Source: Longimicrobiales bacterium
GTDB lineage: Bacteria; Gemmatimonadota; Gemmatimonadetes; Longimicrobiales; Gaopeijiaceae
NCBI GenBank assembly: GCA_965197725.1
Contig: CBDANQ010000045.1
Span: 1 to 53,402, forward strand
Length of the DNA: 53,402 nucleotides
Reading direction: 5' to 3'
Position 1 is the first letter of the stretch. Every line of letters begins with the position of its first letter. The notes under the pieces were generated by a model, which did not search any database, was not told the DNA's origin, and saw only the letters and a program-made list of their open reading frames with translations. Below are positions 9,074 to 20,598 of the stretch, one piece after another. Position numbers and translations under genes: made by a program.

Positions 9074-9625
9074 TCAGCGCCCGACCTGGATGCCGAACTC
9101 GATCTGTGCCTGGTCCCCCACCACGACACGGTGCTCTGCGAACCATCCTTGAGGAACCTCCAACGCGAACATCGCAGGCTCCGTGCCCGGGTAGGAGTCG
9201 GTGACCAGGGGCTCCATCTGCTGGATATCCACGATCACGTAGGACACGTTGATATAGGCGATGTCCAGCGCCACGTACGTATTCGCCATCCAGAACGAAC
9301 GGATCTGGACGTCGTCGAATACGAAGAGCATGCCCGTGCCGTCAGGGAGCTCATCTCTGTACATGAGTCCCTGGGCCCTCTCGTCAGCTGTTCTTGCGAT
9401 CTCCGCCACGATCGTATCGGTACCGAAGATGACCCACGCACGGTTGGCCGGGGGCCCACGGACCCCGACGGTGGCTCCGTCCCTTCCGGGAACCGTCTGA
9501 GCCGACACGCCCGCGTCCGCGGCATCGTCCTCTCCCGAGCAGCCCAGAACGGCGAACGCCGTGAGGAGGGCGGCCGCCATGCACGCCACTCGACCCCTAC
9601 GCCCCACCCCGATCCGAGTGCTCAT
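9074..9625 (-). CDS. DUF192 family lipoprotein
   Basis: AEIA.T..ERAQGLMYR, GMLFVF, FWMANT..LDIAY, ALEVPQG; lipobox VLGC. Confidence 0.88.
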   Translation of the reverse strand: MSTRIGVGRRGRVACMAAALLTAFAVLGCSGEDDAADAGVSAQTVPGRDGATVGVRGPPANRAWVIFGTDTIVAEIARTADERAQGLMYRDELPDGTGMLFVFDDVQIRSFWMANTYVALDIAYINVSYVIVDIQQMEPLVTDSYPGTEPAMFALEVPQGWFAEHRVVVGDQAQIEFGIQVGR

Positions 9626-9745
9626 TTTTCTGCACATTAACGGCCTCCCGTTCCCCAGCCGGCACTTGTAAGTTACGTGGCTCCCCTTCAGATCCCGGGT
9701 GGGCTCTCGTTTGTTCCTTTCCCAAGGGTGGTCACGGAGTCGGTG

Positions 9746-10018
9746 ATGGGCACAGTTGATCAGGAGTTGCTGGACATCCTCGTGTGTCCGGAGACCAAGC
9801 AGCCCGTCCGACGAGCCGGAAGCGACCTATTGGACCTACTGAACCGAGCAATCGATGCCGGCGAGGTCAAGACGCGGGACGGAAAGCTGGTGGAGGACCG
9901 AATCGAGGAGGGCCTTGTCCGCGAGGACGACGGTGTCCTGTACCCCGTGCGAGATTCCATCCCGATCATGTTGATCGACGAGGCGATTCCGCTCGACGAC
10001 GTTTTGAAGACCACCTGA
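9746..10018 (+). CDS. Trm112-like (YcaR) family protein
   Basis: LLDILVCPETKQP...YPVRDSIPIMLIDEA. Confidence 0.85.
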   Translation: MGTVDQELLDILVCPETKQPVRRAGSDLLDLLNRAIDAGEVKTRDGKLVEDRIEEGLVREDDGVLYPVRDSIPIMLIDEAIPLDDVLKTT

Positions 10019-10087
10019 TACAGCCCCACCCGATGGTCGAGTACGCGACCTCCTTCCGGCCGGCGGGCCAGTAGAGCGGGAGTGGTC

Positions 10088-10690
10088 ATGGCCGACGAGT
10101 CCCCCAGCTACACGATGGAGCCGCGCCCCAAGCCGGTGCGCCGTCCCAAGCTCGTGGCGGACGGCGTGATGGGCATGCTGCTCTTCGTGTTCGCGGAAAT
10201 CATGATGTTCGCGGGTCTGATCTCGGCGCACTCGACCGTGCGTTCCCGAGTGGCTGGCGAGATGTGGCCCCCTTACGGCCAACCCCGACTGCCGGTGCAG
10301 GAGACCGCGGTGAACACCGCCGCTCTCTTGGTGAGCGGCATCGTGCTCGTGTTCGCGCACGTCGCCTTCAACAAGGAAGCGTCCCGCGCGCGCCTGCCGC
10401 TGTTGATCGCGCTGCTACTCGGTGTCTTTTTTGTAGGCTCGCAGGGCGCGGAGTGGGTCGCGCTGCTCGGTGAAGGCCTCACCATCCAGTCGAATTCCTA
10501 CGGCGGCTTTTTCTATCTCATCGTCGGCGCGCACGGCGTGCACGCGATCGCAGCGATCTTGGCTCTCAGCTGGGCCTGGTACGAGCTCGACAAGGGCCGA
10601 CTCAACGGGGCTCAGCTCGCCACGGTATCGGTCTTCTGGTACTTCGTGGTCTTGCTTTGGCCCGTGCTCTACCTGAACGTGTACCTATGA
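10088..10690 (+). CDS. Second heme-copper oxidase subunit III-like protein
   Basis: GMLLFVFAEIMMF, NTAALLVSG, GAHGVH, FWYFVV. Confidence 0.85.
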   Translation: MADESPSYTMEPRPKPVRRPKLVADGVMGMLLFVFAEIMMFAGLISAHSTVRSRVAGEMWPPYGQPRLPVQETAVNTAALLVSGIVLVFAHVAFNKEASRARLPLLIALLLGVFFVGSQGAEWVALLGEGLTIQSNSYGGFFYLIVGAHGVHAIAAILALSWAWYELDKGRLNGAQLATVSVFWYFVVLLWPVLYLNVYL

Positions 10691-10778
10691 ACCGCGCCTG
10701 GATTCCCGTTCTTGTTCTGGCCGCCTTGGCCATTTTTCCCGACTCCGGTTCGACGGTCGTTACCTCTTCAGATTCCCC

Positions 10779-12071
10779 TCACGACATCCTTCTCCGCTTG
10801 TTCTTCATGAAGTCCATCATGATGTACTGACCCAACGTCATCGTGTTGGTGAAGTACGCCTTGCCCCGAGCGATCTCGGCGACTTTCTGCACGAACTGCA
10901 CCAGATAGGGGTCGCTTGCGAGCATGAATGTGTTGATGAGGATGCCGGCTTTTCGGCAAGCGGAAACTTCCTGGAACGTTCGCTTCAGGATGTTCGGGTC
11001 GAGCGCGCCCGAGTTCGTGTAGACGCGCCCGTCGGGCATCGTCATCGCACTCGGCTTCCCGTCTGTAATCATGATGATCTGTCGCATGTCCTTCTTCTGC
11101 GAGGCCAGAACGCGACGGGCCACCTCCAGGCCTTCCGCGGTATTCGTGTGGAACGGTCCGACCTGCGCTTTTCCGAGCTGCGAGCGTGGAATCTCCTGGG
11201 CCTTGTCCCCGAACGTCACGACGCGCAGCGAGTCACCCGGAAACTGCGTGCGGATCATGTGCGACATCGCGAGCGCGACGCGCTTTGCGGGAGCAAAGCG
11301 ATCCTCTCCGTAGAGCACCATCGAGTGTGAGATGTCGAGCATGAGCACCGTCGCGCACGACGAACGGTACTCCGCCTGATGCACCATGAGGTCACCGTAC
11401 TCGAGGTTGAGCGGAACCGAGAGACCCTCGCGCTCGATCGCGTTCTTGAGAGTAGCGGCGATGTCGAGGTTCAGCGTGTCACCGAACTCGTACGGCTTCG
11501 ACGCTGCTTCGGCCTCGATGCCTGTCGAGAGGTGGGGGGTGTCGTGGGCGCCGGCACTCGACTTGCCGAGTGCGGAGAGCAGTCCCTTGAGTGAGCGGTA
11601 GCCTAGGAAGTCCATCCCCTTCTGCGTGAGGTTGAACTGGACCTGTTGAGCGGCTTGCTTCGCCTCGTCGATCTTCCCCTGGCCCGTCACGTCGTACGTA
11701 GCGCCTGGCATCTGGGGATTGCCGGTCTCGAGGTTGATGTATCCTTCCTCGACCATTTTCTGAATGAGGTCGTCCAGCATTGCAGCGATCTGCTGCTGAA
11801 GCGCCTCGTCGCCCTGACCTTCGCCACGCAGCTCGTCGATCATCTCGGGCGTGAGCTGACCACTCTCCAGCAGCGCCTTGAGCAGCGCTTTCTTGAGCGA
11901 GTCCGTCGAGTTCGGGTCTTCCGAGCCGGACCAGCCCCAATACGGATGGTAGTGCGGTCCACCCGCGAACCCACCGTCCATTAGGAAGTCCGAAAGCATC
12001 TCCAGCAGCGCCTCGAGGTTCAAGGCGTCGAGCCAGCGGCCTTTGTACTTGGAGTAGGTCGTGAAGCGCAT
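10779..12071 (-). CDS. VWA domain protein (partner of the AAA+ ATPase; Rv0959-like)
   Basis: MIDAS motif DISHS, TNTAEGL, ITDGKP. Confidence 0.88.
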   Translation of the reverse strand: MRFTTYSKYKGRWLDALNLEALLEMLSDFLMDGGFAGGPHYHPYWGWSGSEDPNSTDSLKKALLKALLESGQLTPEMIDELRGEGQGDEALQQQIAAMLDDLIQKMVEEGYINLETGNPQMPGATYDVTGQGKIDEAKQAAQQVQFNLTQKGMDFLGYRSLKGLLSALGKSSAGAHDTPHLSTGIEAEAASKPYEFGDTLNLDIAATLKNAIEREGLSVPLNLEYGDLMVHQAEYRSSCATVLMLDISHSMVLYGEDRFAPAKRVALAMSHMIRTQFPGDSLRVVTFGDKAQEIPRSQLGKAQVGPFHTNTAEGLEVARRVLASQKKDMRQIIMITDGKPSAMTMPDGRVYTNSGALDPNILKRTFQEVSACRKAGILINTFMLASDPYLVQFVQKVAEIARGKAYFTNTMTLGQYIMMDFMKNKRRRMS

Positions 12072-12105
12072 GTTATCAGACTAGGTCTGTGAGTACGTTC
12101 CCGCC

Positions 12106-13182
12106 ATGAACCGTGCGATCCGCCAGCCGCTGCTCGATCACTACGATCGGGAGCGCCGAGAACTGCCGTGGCGCGGCTGTTCCGACCCGGACCGGATACT
12201 CGTGTCGGAGGTCATGCTGCAGCAGACGCGTGTGCAAACCGTTCTTGCTTACTACGACGGCTGGCTCGAGCGGTTCCCTGATGTCGATGCGTTGGCCGAC
12301 GCGGAGATCGACGACGTGCTCAAGGCGTGGGAGGGGCTCGGCTACTACCGGCGGGCATGGCATCTCCATCAGGCCGCGCGGCTCGTTCGCGAGCGCCCGA
12401 ACCGCGACTTCCCCGGGACTTACGCCGGGCTCCGAGCTCTTCCCGGAGTTGGCGACTATACCGCCGGTGCCGTGGCGAGCATAGCGTTCGGTGAGGCGGT
12501 GCCCGCAGTGGATGGTAATGTGCGGAGGGTCCTCTCACGCCTCTTTGATGAGGCGGAGCCGCAGGCGACTTGGCTGCGGATGAAGGCTGCTGAGCTCCTG
12601 GACCCGGAGCGACCTGGGGACTGGAACCAGGCTCTCATGGAGTTGGGTGCGACTCTGTGTTCGCCGCGCTCGCCGCGGTGCGCCGCTTGCCCGGTTGCCG
12701 AGTGGTGCGCCGCACGTGGTGCAGGCACTCAGGAAGTGCGCCCTGTTGCGTCCGTGAAGACGAAGACGAAGAAGCTTCGGATCGTGCTCGCGGTACTGGG
12801 GGCGAACGGGCGCGTCATGCTCGAGCGTCGTCCTGCCAAGGGCCTGCTTGCCGGTATGTGGGCGTTCCCTGAGGTGGGGGAGCGTGACACTCGCCCAGAC
12901 ATGCGCGTGGACGCTGCCCGTTCCCGCGAGTCGATACTCGCGGCGATAGTGGAGCGGGGACTTGTCGCGACGGGCTGTCCCGAGGCGCTCCCACGGGTGG
13001 AGCACCGCTTCACACACCTGTACACGACGTATGAGCCATGGCTGGCGCCCGTCGCCGCCCCGGCCGAAGGCGAGGGCCGGGCGTGGATCGATCCTGCCGC
13101 ATCCAACGATCTCGCGGTGCCCGTCGCGCAGCAGACGGTGCTCGCGTTCGCCAAGAAGTGCACAGCGGGGGAGGCGGTGTGA
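12106..13182 (+). CDS. mutY: A/G-specific adenine glycosylase
   Basis: SEVMLQQT, WEGLGYY, HhH LPGVGDYTA, VDGNVRRV, [4Fe-4S] C-x6-C-x2-C-x5-C, NUDIX-like C-terminus. Confidence 0.95.
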   Translation: MNRAIRQPLLDHYDRERRELPWRGCSDPDRILVSEVMLQQTRVQTVLAYYDGWLERFPDVDALADAEIDDVLKAWEGLGYYRRAWHLHQAARLVRERPNRDFPGTYAGLRALPGVGDYTAGAVASIAFGEAVPAVDGNVRRVLSRLFDEAEPQATWLRMKAAELLDPERPGDWNQALMELGATLCSPRSPRCAACPVAEWCAARGAGTQEVRPVASVKTKTKKLRIVLAVLGANGRVMLERRPAKGLLAGMWAFPEVGERDTRPDMRVDAARSRESILAAIVERGLVATGCPEALPRVEHRFTHLYTTYEPWLAPVAAPAEGEGRAWIDPAASNDLAVPVAQQTVLAFAKKCTAGEAV

Positions 13183-13203
13183 GAATTGCGGACCTGAGGT
13201 TCC

Positions 13204-13767
13204 TCAGGTGACCTTGGCGCTCTCCTGCAGCTCGCGCACCCAGTCCGGCGTGTCGCTGCGGTACTCCTCGATCATCGCGACTCTGCGGAAGTAGTAGCGA
13301 GCGTTCAAGCCCTGAAAGACCGCCGTCAGCGCGATCACGACGGCGTAGACCGTGAGAGTCAGCGAGAGCACCAGATCGTCCATGTCCCCACCGAGGAGCT
13401 CCGTCAGCTCAGCCATCTGCGGATCGGGCTGAGATACGGTCGCGTATATGCTCCACAGGCAATACACGATGATGAGGCCCATGAAGCCGATCTGGTTGCG
13501 CCAAAGAAGCTCCGGACCCCTCGCTTCGAACTTGAGGATGCCCGCACAGCCCTTGAACTCGTTGCGCGCCACCACCGCCATTGCCACACCGAGAACGAGC
13601 GCAGTGAGGTTGAAAATGCCGAACAGCAGGGCCACGGCCGCGAAGAAGCCGATGGACCACCCGTTGAACGCGGCCACCCTCGCTGCTCCCGTGAACGCCC
13701 CCGCACGCACGCCCGCTTGCTCGAGCGCCTCCCGCTGCTCCGGTGTCAGGGGCGGTGGGGCGGTCAT
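13204..13767 (-). CDS. Hypothetical membrane protein
   Basis: 187-aa ORF with ~4 TM segments, immediately downstream of the ATPase gene. Confidence 0.7.
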   Translation of the reverse strand: MTAPPPLTPEQREALEQAGVRAGAFTGAARVAAFNGWSIGFFAAVALLFGIFNLTALVLGVAMAVVARNEFKGCAGILKFEARGPELLWRNQIGFMGLIIVYCLWSIYATVSQPDPQMAELTELLGGDMDDLVLSLTLTVYAVVIALTAVFQGLNARYYFRRVAMIEEYRSDTPDWVRELQESAKVT

Positions 13768-13768
13768 C

Positions 13769-15238
13769 TCAGATGTTCAGTCCGCCCGTCGGGTCGAAGC
13801 CCTGATATCCCTTCCCGGGCTCGGGGCCTCGTTGCGGCGCCCGGGCGTACCCGGCTGTGCTCCGGCTGAGGCGTTTCTGGGCGACGAGCGCCTCGAGCAC
13901 CAGCTCACACGCGGCGGCTCGTACGCCATCGCCTGACGCGGCGCCCGCGAGGCCGACGTTCTCGACCAGCTCGAGTAGCCCCGGCACGGTCTCGAAGCCC
14001 TGCACACACGCCGACGCCGACGCGTTCGCGCCCACCTGGAGCGCAGCACCGGTCTCGAAGTAGTCGATGATGTCCTCGACGTCCGCACCGCCCGCCCGGA
14101 TGTCGAAGGTGAACGACGCGCCCTGCTGGATGAGCTCCTGCGCAATCTTGTCCGACCCGTGAAGCTCGCCCTCGTACTCGAGCTCCATCTTGCCCGTGAT
14201 CGCGGGAAGCGCGGCATACAGGTCCCCGATCCGCGGCACGGCGGTGTCTTCCGCGTGCTGGATCGCGCGTCGCTCAGCATTCGAGACGATCGTCTCCATC
14301 ACAGTGATCGGCATACGCTGGCTGACGCCCGAGCGCTGATCGACGCGCTTGTCCTCGCGCGCGATGAACGCGACGCGCTCCACCGTCTCCTCCATGAAGT
14401 CGGGAATCTCCACGCAAGTGCCTCCGCGCCCGACCCACGCCTCCTGACGCGTGATGTCGATTCCGGTCTCGAGATCCGGCGGGTAGTGTGTGCTGATCTC
14501 GGCTCCGATTCGGTCCTTGAGCGGCGTGATGATCTTCCCGCGCGCCGTGTAGTCCTCGGGGTTCGCCGTGAAGACCATGAGCACATCGAGCGCGAGGCGA
14601 ACAGGGTATCCCTTCACCTGAACATCCCCCTCCTCGAGGATGTTGAAGAGGCCCACCTGGATTTTGCCTGCGAGGTCGGGCAGCTCGTTGATCGCGAAGA
14701 CGCCGCGGTTCGCACGCGGGAGCAGCCCGTAGTGGATCGTCAGCTCGTCCCCGAGGATATGCCCACCGCGCGCGGCCTTGATCGGGTCGAGGTCACCGAT
14801 CATGTCCGCGATTGTCACGTCGGGGGTGGCGAGCTTCTCTACGTAGCGGTGATCCCGCCCGATCCACTCTATCGGTGTCCCATCGCCGTACTCCTCCAAG
14901 CGCTGTCGGCCGTACTTCGAGATCGGCGCGAACGGATCATCGCTGATCTCGCTTCCGGTGATGATCGGTAGCGACTCGTCGAGTAGCGAGACGAGTTGGC
15001 GCAGAATCCGGCTCTTCGCCTGGCCACGGAGCCCGAGCAAAATGAAGTCGTGCTTGGCCAGGACCGCGTTGACGATTTGGGGCACGACGGTGTCGGAAAA
15101 GCCCATGATGCCGGGGAACATCTCTTCGCCCGAACGCAGCTTGCCCATGAGGTTGGAGCGCATCTCGTCTTTGACGGTGCGCGGTTCGTACCCCTCAGCC
15201 TTCAGCTCACCCAGCGTGGTCGGGCGGTGCTCGCTCAT
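13769..15238 (-). CDS. Magnesium-chelatase-like AAA+ ATPase (Rv0958-like)
   Basis: Walker A GLRGQAKS, degenerate Walker B AINELPDL, TANPEDYT. Confidence 0.88.
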   Translation of the reverse strand: MSEHRPTTLGELKAEGYEPRTVKDEMRSNLMGKLRSGEEMFPGIMGFSDTVVPQIVNAVLAKHDFILLGLRGQAKSRILRQLVSLLDESLPIITGSEISDDPFAPISKYGRQRLEEYGDGTPIEWIGRDHRYVEKLATPDVTIADMIGDLDPIKAARGGHILGDELTIHYGLLPRANRGVFAINELPDLAGKIQVGLFNILEEGDVQVKGYPVRLALDVLMVFTANPEDYTARGKIITPLKDRIGAEISTHYPPDLETGIDITRQEAWVGRGGTCVEIPDFMEETVERVAFIAREDKRVDQRSGVSQRMPITVMETIVSNAERRAIQHAEDTAVPRIGDLYAALPAITGKMELEYEGELHGSDKIAQELIQQGASFTFDIRAGGADVEDIIDYFETGAALQVGANASASACVQGFETVPGLLELVENVGLAGAASGDGVRAAACELVLEALVAQKRLSRSTAGYARAPQRGPEPGKGYQGFDPTGGLNI

Positions 15239-15393
15239 GCGCCGGACACTCCTCTCGTGGAGTCAAGAACGGGGCCCCTTTCAACGGTAGGGCGAAGGGT
15301 AGAGCCCCGCGCGCGAGTTGGCGATCTTTGAGTCGATTCAGGTACACGCTTCCGATTCCACGGATCCCGCCACCTCCACATCCCGGGGCACAC

Positions 15394-17079
<1,686 letters not shown>

Positions 17080-17219
17080 GGACGAAAGCGCCCGCACGAC
17101 GAGCTGCGGTGCCGGACCTTAATCACGCGCTTCGACAGTGAACTCGTGCGCTTCGCGTTACGCGTAGGTTTGTTGAAAGAGATGTGACCGCCTGTCCTCA
17201 GCGTGGTGCGCTCGCGTGA

Positions 17220-17798
17220 TCACAGAGCGTAGATGGGCTCCCGAAGTCCTGTGACAGCCCACCACACGCAGACCAACAGCCACGTAACCGCCAACGCACC
17301 GTGGAACGCCCGATCGTCGTCGCGGATCCCGTTGGCGAACGCAACGGCGAATACCGCGATAAGCGCTAGGCGGAGCGGTTCCCACTCAGAGCCGAGGGCT
17401 TGCCGCTCCAGCAGGACGTCCGCGAAATCGACTGCCTGAAACACAAGGCACACCATGAAGAATCGGCGTCGATTGCACTCGAAATGAGTGCGGAAGTCGA
17501 TGACCTCCGCACCCCTCACCGGGTAGAGTAGCCCGGCCATCAGATAGAGGACCACGGAGTACGCGACGAGGTTGAAGAAGTGGAGCAGCGTCCATTCTTG
17601 GACGGCGGTGAGGACGAAGTTGAACCACCAGACCAGGATCGTCGTGATGAACACGTTCGCGGTCCATACGCCGTGGATCCAGTCGACCCGCTCACGGACC
17701 CTCGTGTCGAGGATCAGGGAGACGCCGCTGAGGAGGTGAACGACAGCGAGGCCTAGTATCACTGAGACGAAGACGGTCAGATACTCGTACGGATCCAT
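17220..17798 (-). CDS. Hypothetical membrane protein
   Basis: 192-aa multi-TM ORF (FVSVILGLAVVHLL) with a GGAGG RBS. Confidence 0.75.
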   Translation of the reverse strand: MDPYEYLTVFVSVILGLAVVHLLSGVSLILDTRVRERVDWIHGVWTANVFITTILVWWFNFVLTAVQEWTLLHFFNLVAYSVVLYLMAGLLYPVRGAEVIDFRTHFECNRRRFFMVCLVFQAVDFADVLLERQALGSEWEPLRLALIAVFAVAFANGIRDDDRAFHGALAVTWLLVCVWWAVTGLREPIYAL

Positions 17799-18133
17799 GA
17801 TCAGCTAGTCCTCCACCGAGCGTGACGTAGCCAGGTCGTCTGCTATAGCGAGATTCTGGGCAGAATCGATACTCCGACGCAGGAGGCCTTTCCGATGAGG
17901 AGAATATCGGTCAAGCAGAGCCGCGAACAGCGCCCGCCGCGCGGCGGGAGCGGACCACAGGTGTGGCTCGCCCCCTTCGACCTGTGCGCCGTTCGCCTTT
18001 GGAGGCCGGGGGATCGGTCTCCGTAGGGGAACGCGGCCTGACCTCGATCCCGTATCGGTCCCGCTTCGGGTCGGCGGTCATAATGGGGACCTGTTCCATC
18101 TGGGCCTGGGGACGTTTTCGCCATGAGTTCCCG

Positions 18134-19735
18134 TCAGTGCCCTGCCGCCATCCCATCTTTTCTCGGGTCCGAACCGGCCGCCCATCCCTCTGCGAGCTTG
18201 AGGATCGCCTGGGCGCCGCCGAATGTGACGCCGTCAGGATCGCGCAGCTCATGGCCCAAAGCTTGGAGGGCTGCCGCCACGTCGGGGTCGAGGTTCTCGA
18301 TCGCGACCGAGGTGCCGCTGACGTGACGGAAGCGTGGGGCATCGATCGCTTCCTGGGGGTCCATGCCGAACTCGACCATGTTGAGCATGACCTGAACCTG
18401 GCCCTGCGGCTGCATTGAACCACCCATGACACCGAAGGACAGCCACGGCGCGCCGTCCTTGGTCACGAACGCCGGAATGATCGTGTGGAAGGGTCGCTTG
18501 TCCGGCGCGATTTGGTTGGCATGACCGTCCTCCATCGTGAAGCCCGATCCGCGGTTCTGCAGAACGAGTCCCGTACCAGGCACGACGACTCGCGAGCCGA
18601 AGTATCCAGCCAGCGAGTTGACGAACGAGATCATGTTGCCGTACTGGTCCGCCACGCTCAGGTAGATCGTCTCGGAATCCGTAACGAGGCGACCGGCGTC
18701 CGGACGGTCTGCGGCGGCCGTGGCGTCGATGAGGCGTGCTCGAAGCGCGACGTAACCGACGTCGAGCAGCGACTCGGGCTGCACTTCCATGTTGTCGGGG
18801 TCGGCGATGTAGCGTGCGAGATCGGCGTGAGCGAGCTTCTTCGCCTCGATCAGCGTGTGCAGGTAGTTGGGGGAGTTGTGGCCCATTGCCTGCAGGTCGT
18901 ACCCCTCCAGCATCTTCAACATCTGGAGCGCGGCTATGCCCTGACCGGCGGGCGGCAGCTCATACAGCGTATATCCCTTGTAGTCGATGCTCATCGGCTC
19001 GACCCAGCGGTAGTCGTGGCGGCGCAGATCCTCGACGGTGAGGAACCCGCCGAGCTCGTCCAGGCCGGCGACGATCTGTTGTCCGAGCTCACCACCGTAG
19101 AAGGTCTCGATGCCGTTCTCCGCCACGCGCCTGAACGTGCGTGCGAGGTCGGGGTTCCTGAACCACTGGCCGGCATCGGGCGCTTCATCGTCGATCAAAA
19201 AAGCGGATGCGGCGCCGGCGTCTCCGCGTAGCCCGTCAACCGAGCCCGCCCAGTCCCGCGCAATGATCGGGCTGACAGGGAAGCCTTCGTCCGCAAGGCG
19301 TATCGCGGGCTGAAGCGCTTGGGCGATCGTCGTGGTGCCGTAGCTCTCGAGGAGCGCGTTCCAACCGGAGAGAGCGCCGGGCACCGTCACCGAGCGCGCG
19401 CCGTCGCCGGGTACGCCCTCCGCGCCTTCGGCGATCAGCCGCTGGACGTCGATCTTCGAGCCCGACTTGCCGGTTGCGTCCAGCCCGACGAGGCGGCGCT
19501 CATCGGCATCCCACAGCATCGCGAACATGTCGCCGCCCATCCCGGTCATGTGCGGCTCGACCACGTTCAGCACCGCAGCCGCTGCCACTGCCGCGTCGAT
19601 CGCGTTTCCGCCCGCCTCGAGGATCTTGAGCGCGGCTCCTGTCGCCAGCGGATGGCTGGCGGCTGCGCTTCCGCGCGGCGAGTACACCGTCGAGCGACCC
19701 GAGGTCGTCGCCGGACTGGTCACGGGCCCCCTCAC
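18134..19735 (-). CDS. ggt: Gamma-glutamyltransferase
   Basis: GGNAIDAA, GMGGDMF, VTVPG, autocatalytic Thr in ETIYLSVAD, GVMGG, GSDPRKDG. Confidence 0.95.
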   Translation of the reverse strand: MRGPVTSPATTSGRSTVYSPRGSAAASHPLATGAALKILEAGGNAIDAAVAAAAVLNVVEPHMTGMGGDMFAMLWDADERRLVGLDATGKSGSKIDVQRLIAEGAEGVPGDGARSVTVPGALSGWNALLESYGTTTIAQALQPAIRLADEGFPVSPIIARDWAGSVDGLRGDAGAASAFLIDDEAPDAGQWFRNPDLARTFRRVAENGIETFYGGELGQQIVAGLDELGGFLTVEDLRRHDYRWVEPMSIDYKGYTLYELPPAGQGIAALQMLKMLEGYDLQAMGHNSPNYLHTLIEAKKLAHADLARYIADPDNMEVQPESLLDVGYVALRARLIDATAAADRPDAGRLVTDSETIYLSVADQYGNMISFVNSLAGYFGSRVVVPGTGLVLQNRGSGFTMEDGHANQIAPDKRPFHTIIPAFVTKDGAPWLSFGVMGGSMQPQGQVQVMLNMVEFGMDPQEAIDAPRFRHVSGTSVAIENLDPDVAAALQALGHELRDPDGVTFGGAQAILKLAEGWAAGSDPRKDGMAAGH

Positions 19736-19743
19736 GGTGGGCG

Positions 19744-20367
19744 TCAGCCCACCCTGTCAAGAATCAGGACCTCGCCGGAGAAGAGATCGTTGAGGCGCTC
19801 GACGTCCCCTCGCTGTCCGTGCGGCTCGCCCCAGTGGATCGGGATGATCGTTTCGGCCCCGCACGCCTCTCCCGCTCGAGCGGCGTCGTCTACGCCCATC
19901 GTGTAGTGGCCGCCGCACGGTAGGAAGGCGACGTCGCATCGGATCCCGAACATCGAGGGAAGGAAGTCGGTGTCCCCGGCGTGGTAGAACGTGGTGTCTC
20001 CAACGCTGAAGACGTAGCCGAGCCAGCCATCGGCCGGAGTGTGGAACTTCTTCTCCACGTTGTGGGCCGGCACCGCGAGCAAGTCTAAGCCGTCGAGCTG
20101 AAGCATGTCGCCCGGTCGCATGAAATTGTCTGCGTCACCGAGCTGCTTCTTCATCGTCGCTGGGGCGATGATCAACGTCTCGGGAGTGCGCACCCTCGCG
20201 ATGTCGTCCTCCGAGAAGTTGTCGTAGTGGGGATGCGTAAGCAGGACGATGTCCGCCGTGGAATCGTCGGACACGTGGATCGGATCCACGTGGATCTCCA
20301 GGCCCGTCCGGCGTATTCGCACGGAAGAGCCGCGGAACCAGGTGACGCCGTTAAGCTTGTCGCTCAT
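19744..20367 (-). CDS. MBL-fold metallo-hydrolase
   Basis: THPHYDN (variant of HxHxDH), YHAGDT, IPIHW. Confidence 0.85.
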   Translation of the reverse strand: MSDKLNGVTWFRGSSVRIRRTGLEIHVDPIHVSDDSTADIVLLTHPHYDNFSEDDIARVRTPETLIIAPATMKKQLGDADNFMRPGDMLQLDGLDLLAVPAHNVEKKFHTPADGWLGYVFSVGDTTFYHAGDTDFLPSMFGIRCDVAFLPCGGHYTMGVDDAARAGEACGAETIIPIHWGEPHGQRGDVERLNDLFSGEVLILDRVG

Positions 20368-20513
20368 ATGGATCCCGGGCGGTGGCGCAAGAAGGAACGA
20401 GGTGCCAAGCTAACTGCCCCCGCCGGGACGAAAAAGTGGCGTGCCACCGGGGACGGGAGCGGCCAGTTTGGCAGCTTTTCATGCGATCGTGGCACGGATG
20501 GGTGCGTTCCTGG

Positions 20514-20529
20514 TGGCAAGAATCCTGCA
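20514..20529 (+). promoter_or_regulatory. Putative sigma54 (-24/-12) promoter of lon
   Basis: TGGCAAGAATCCTGCA has exact GG-N10-GC spacing, ~70 bp upstream of the lon ATG. Confidence 0.55.
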
Positions 20530-20598
20530 CCTACGCCGACACTGACCAATAAAGAGCTGCCCTCGTCGCTGGACGAGGGCGAAGAGAGAGGGCACTCC

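Noticed and set aside
8960..9075. GC-rich GTCAGGCCGC duplication and hydrophobic-looking frame between convergent genes
   Set aside because: Too short and low in complexity to support a terminator, repeat family or gene call.
20490..20506. Alternative sigma54 site TGGCACGGATGGGTGC
   Set aside because: GG-to-GC spacing is 11 rather than the required 10.
20227..20598. 124-aa N-terminal extension of Lon
   Set aside because: Overlaps the divergent MBL gene and promoter; the Lon N-domain begins at the ATG at 20599, after a purine-rich RBS.
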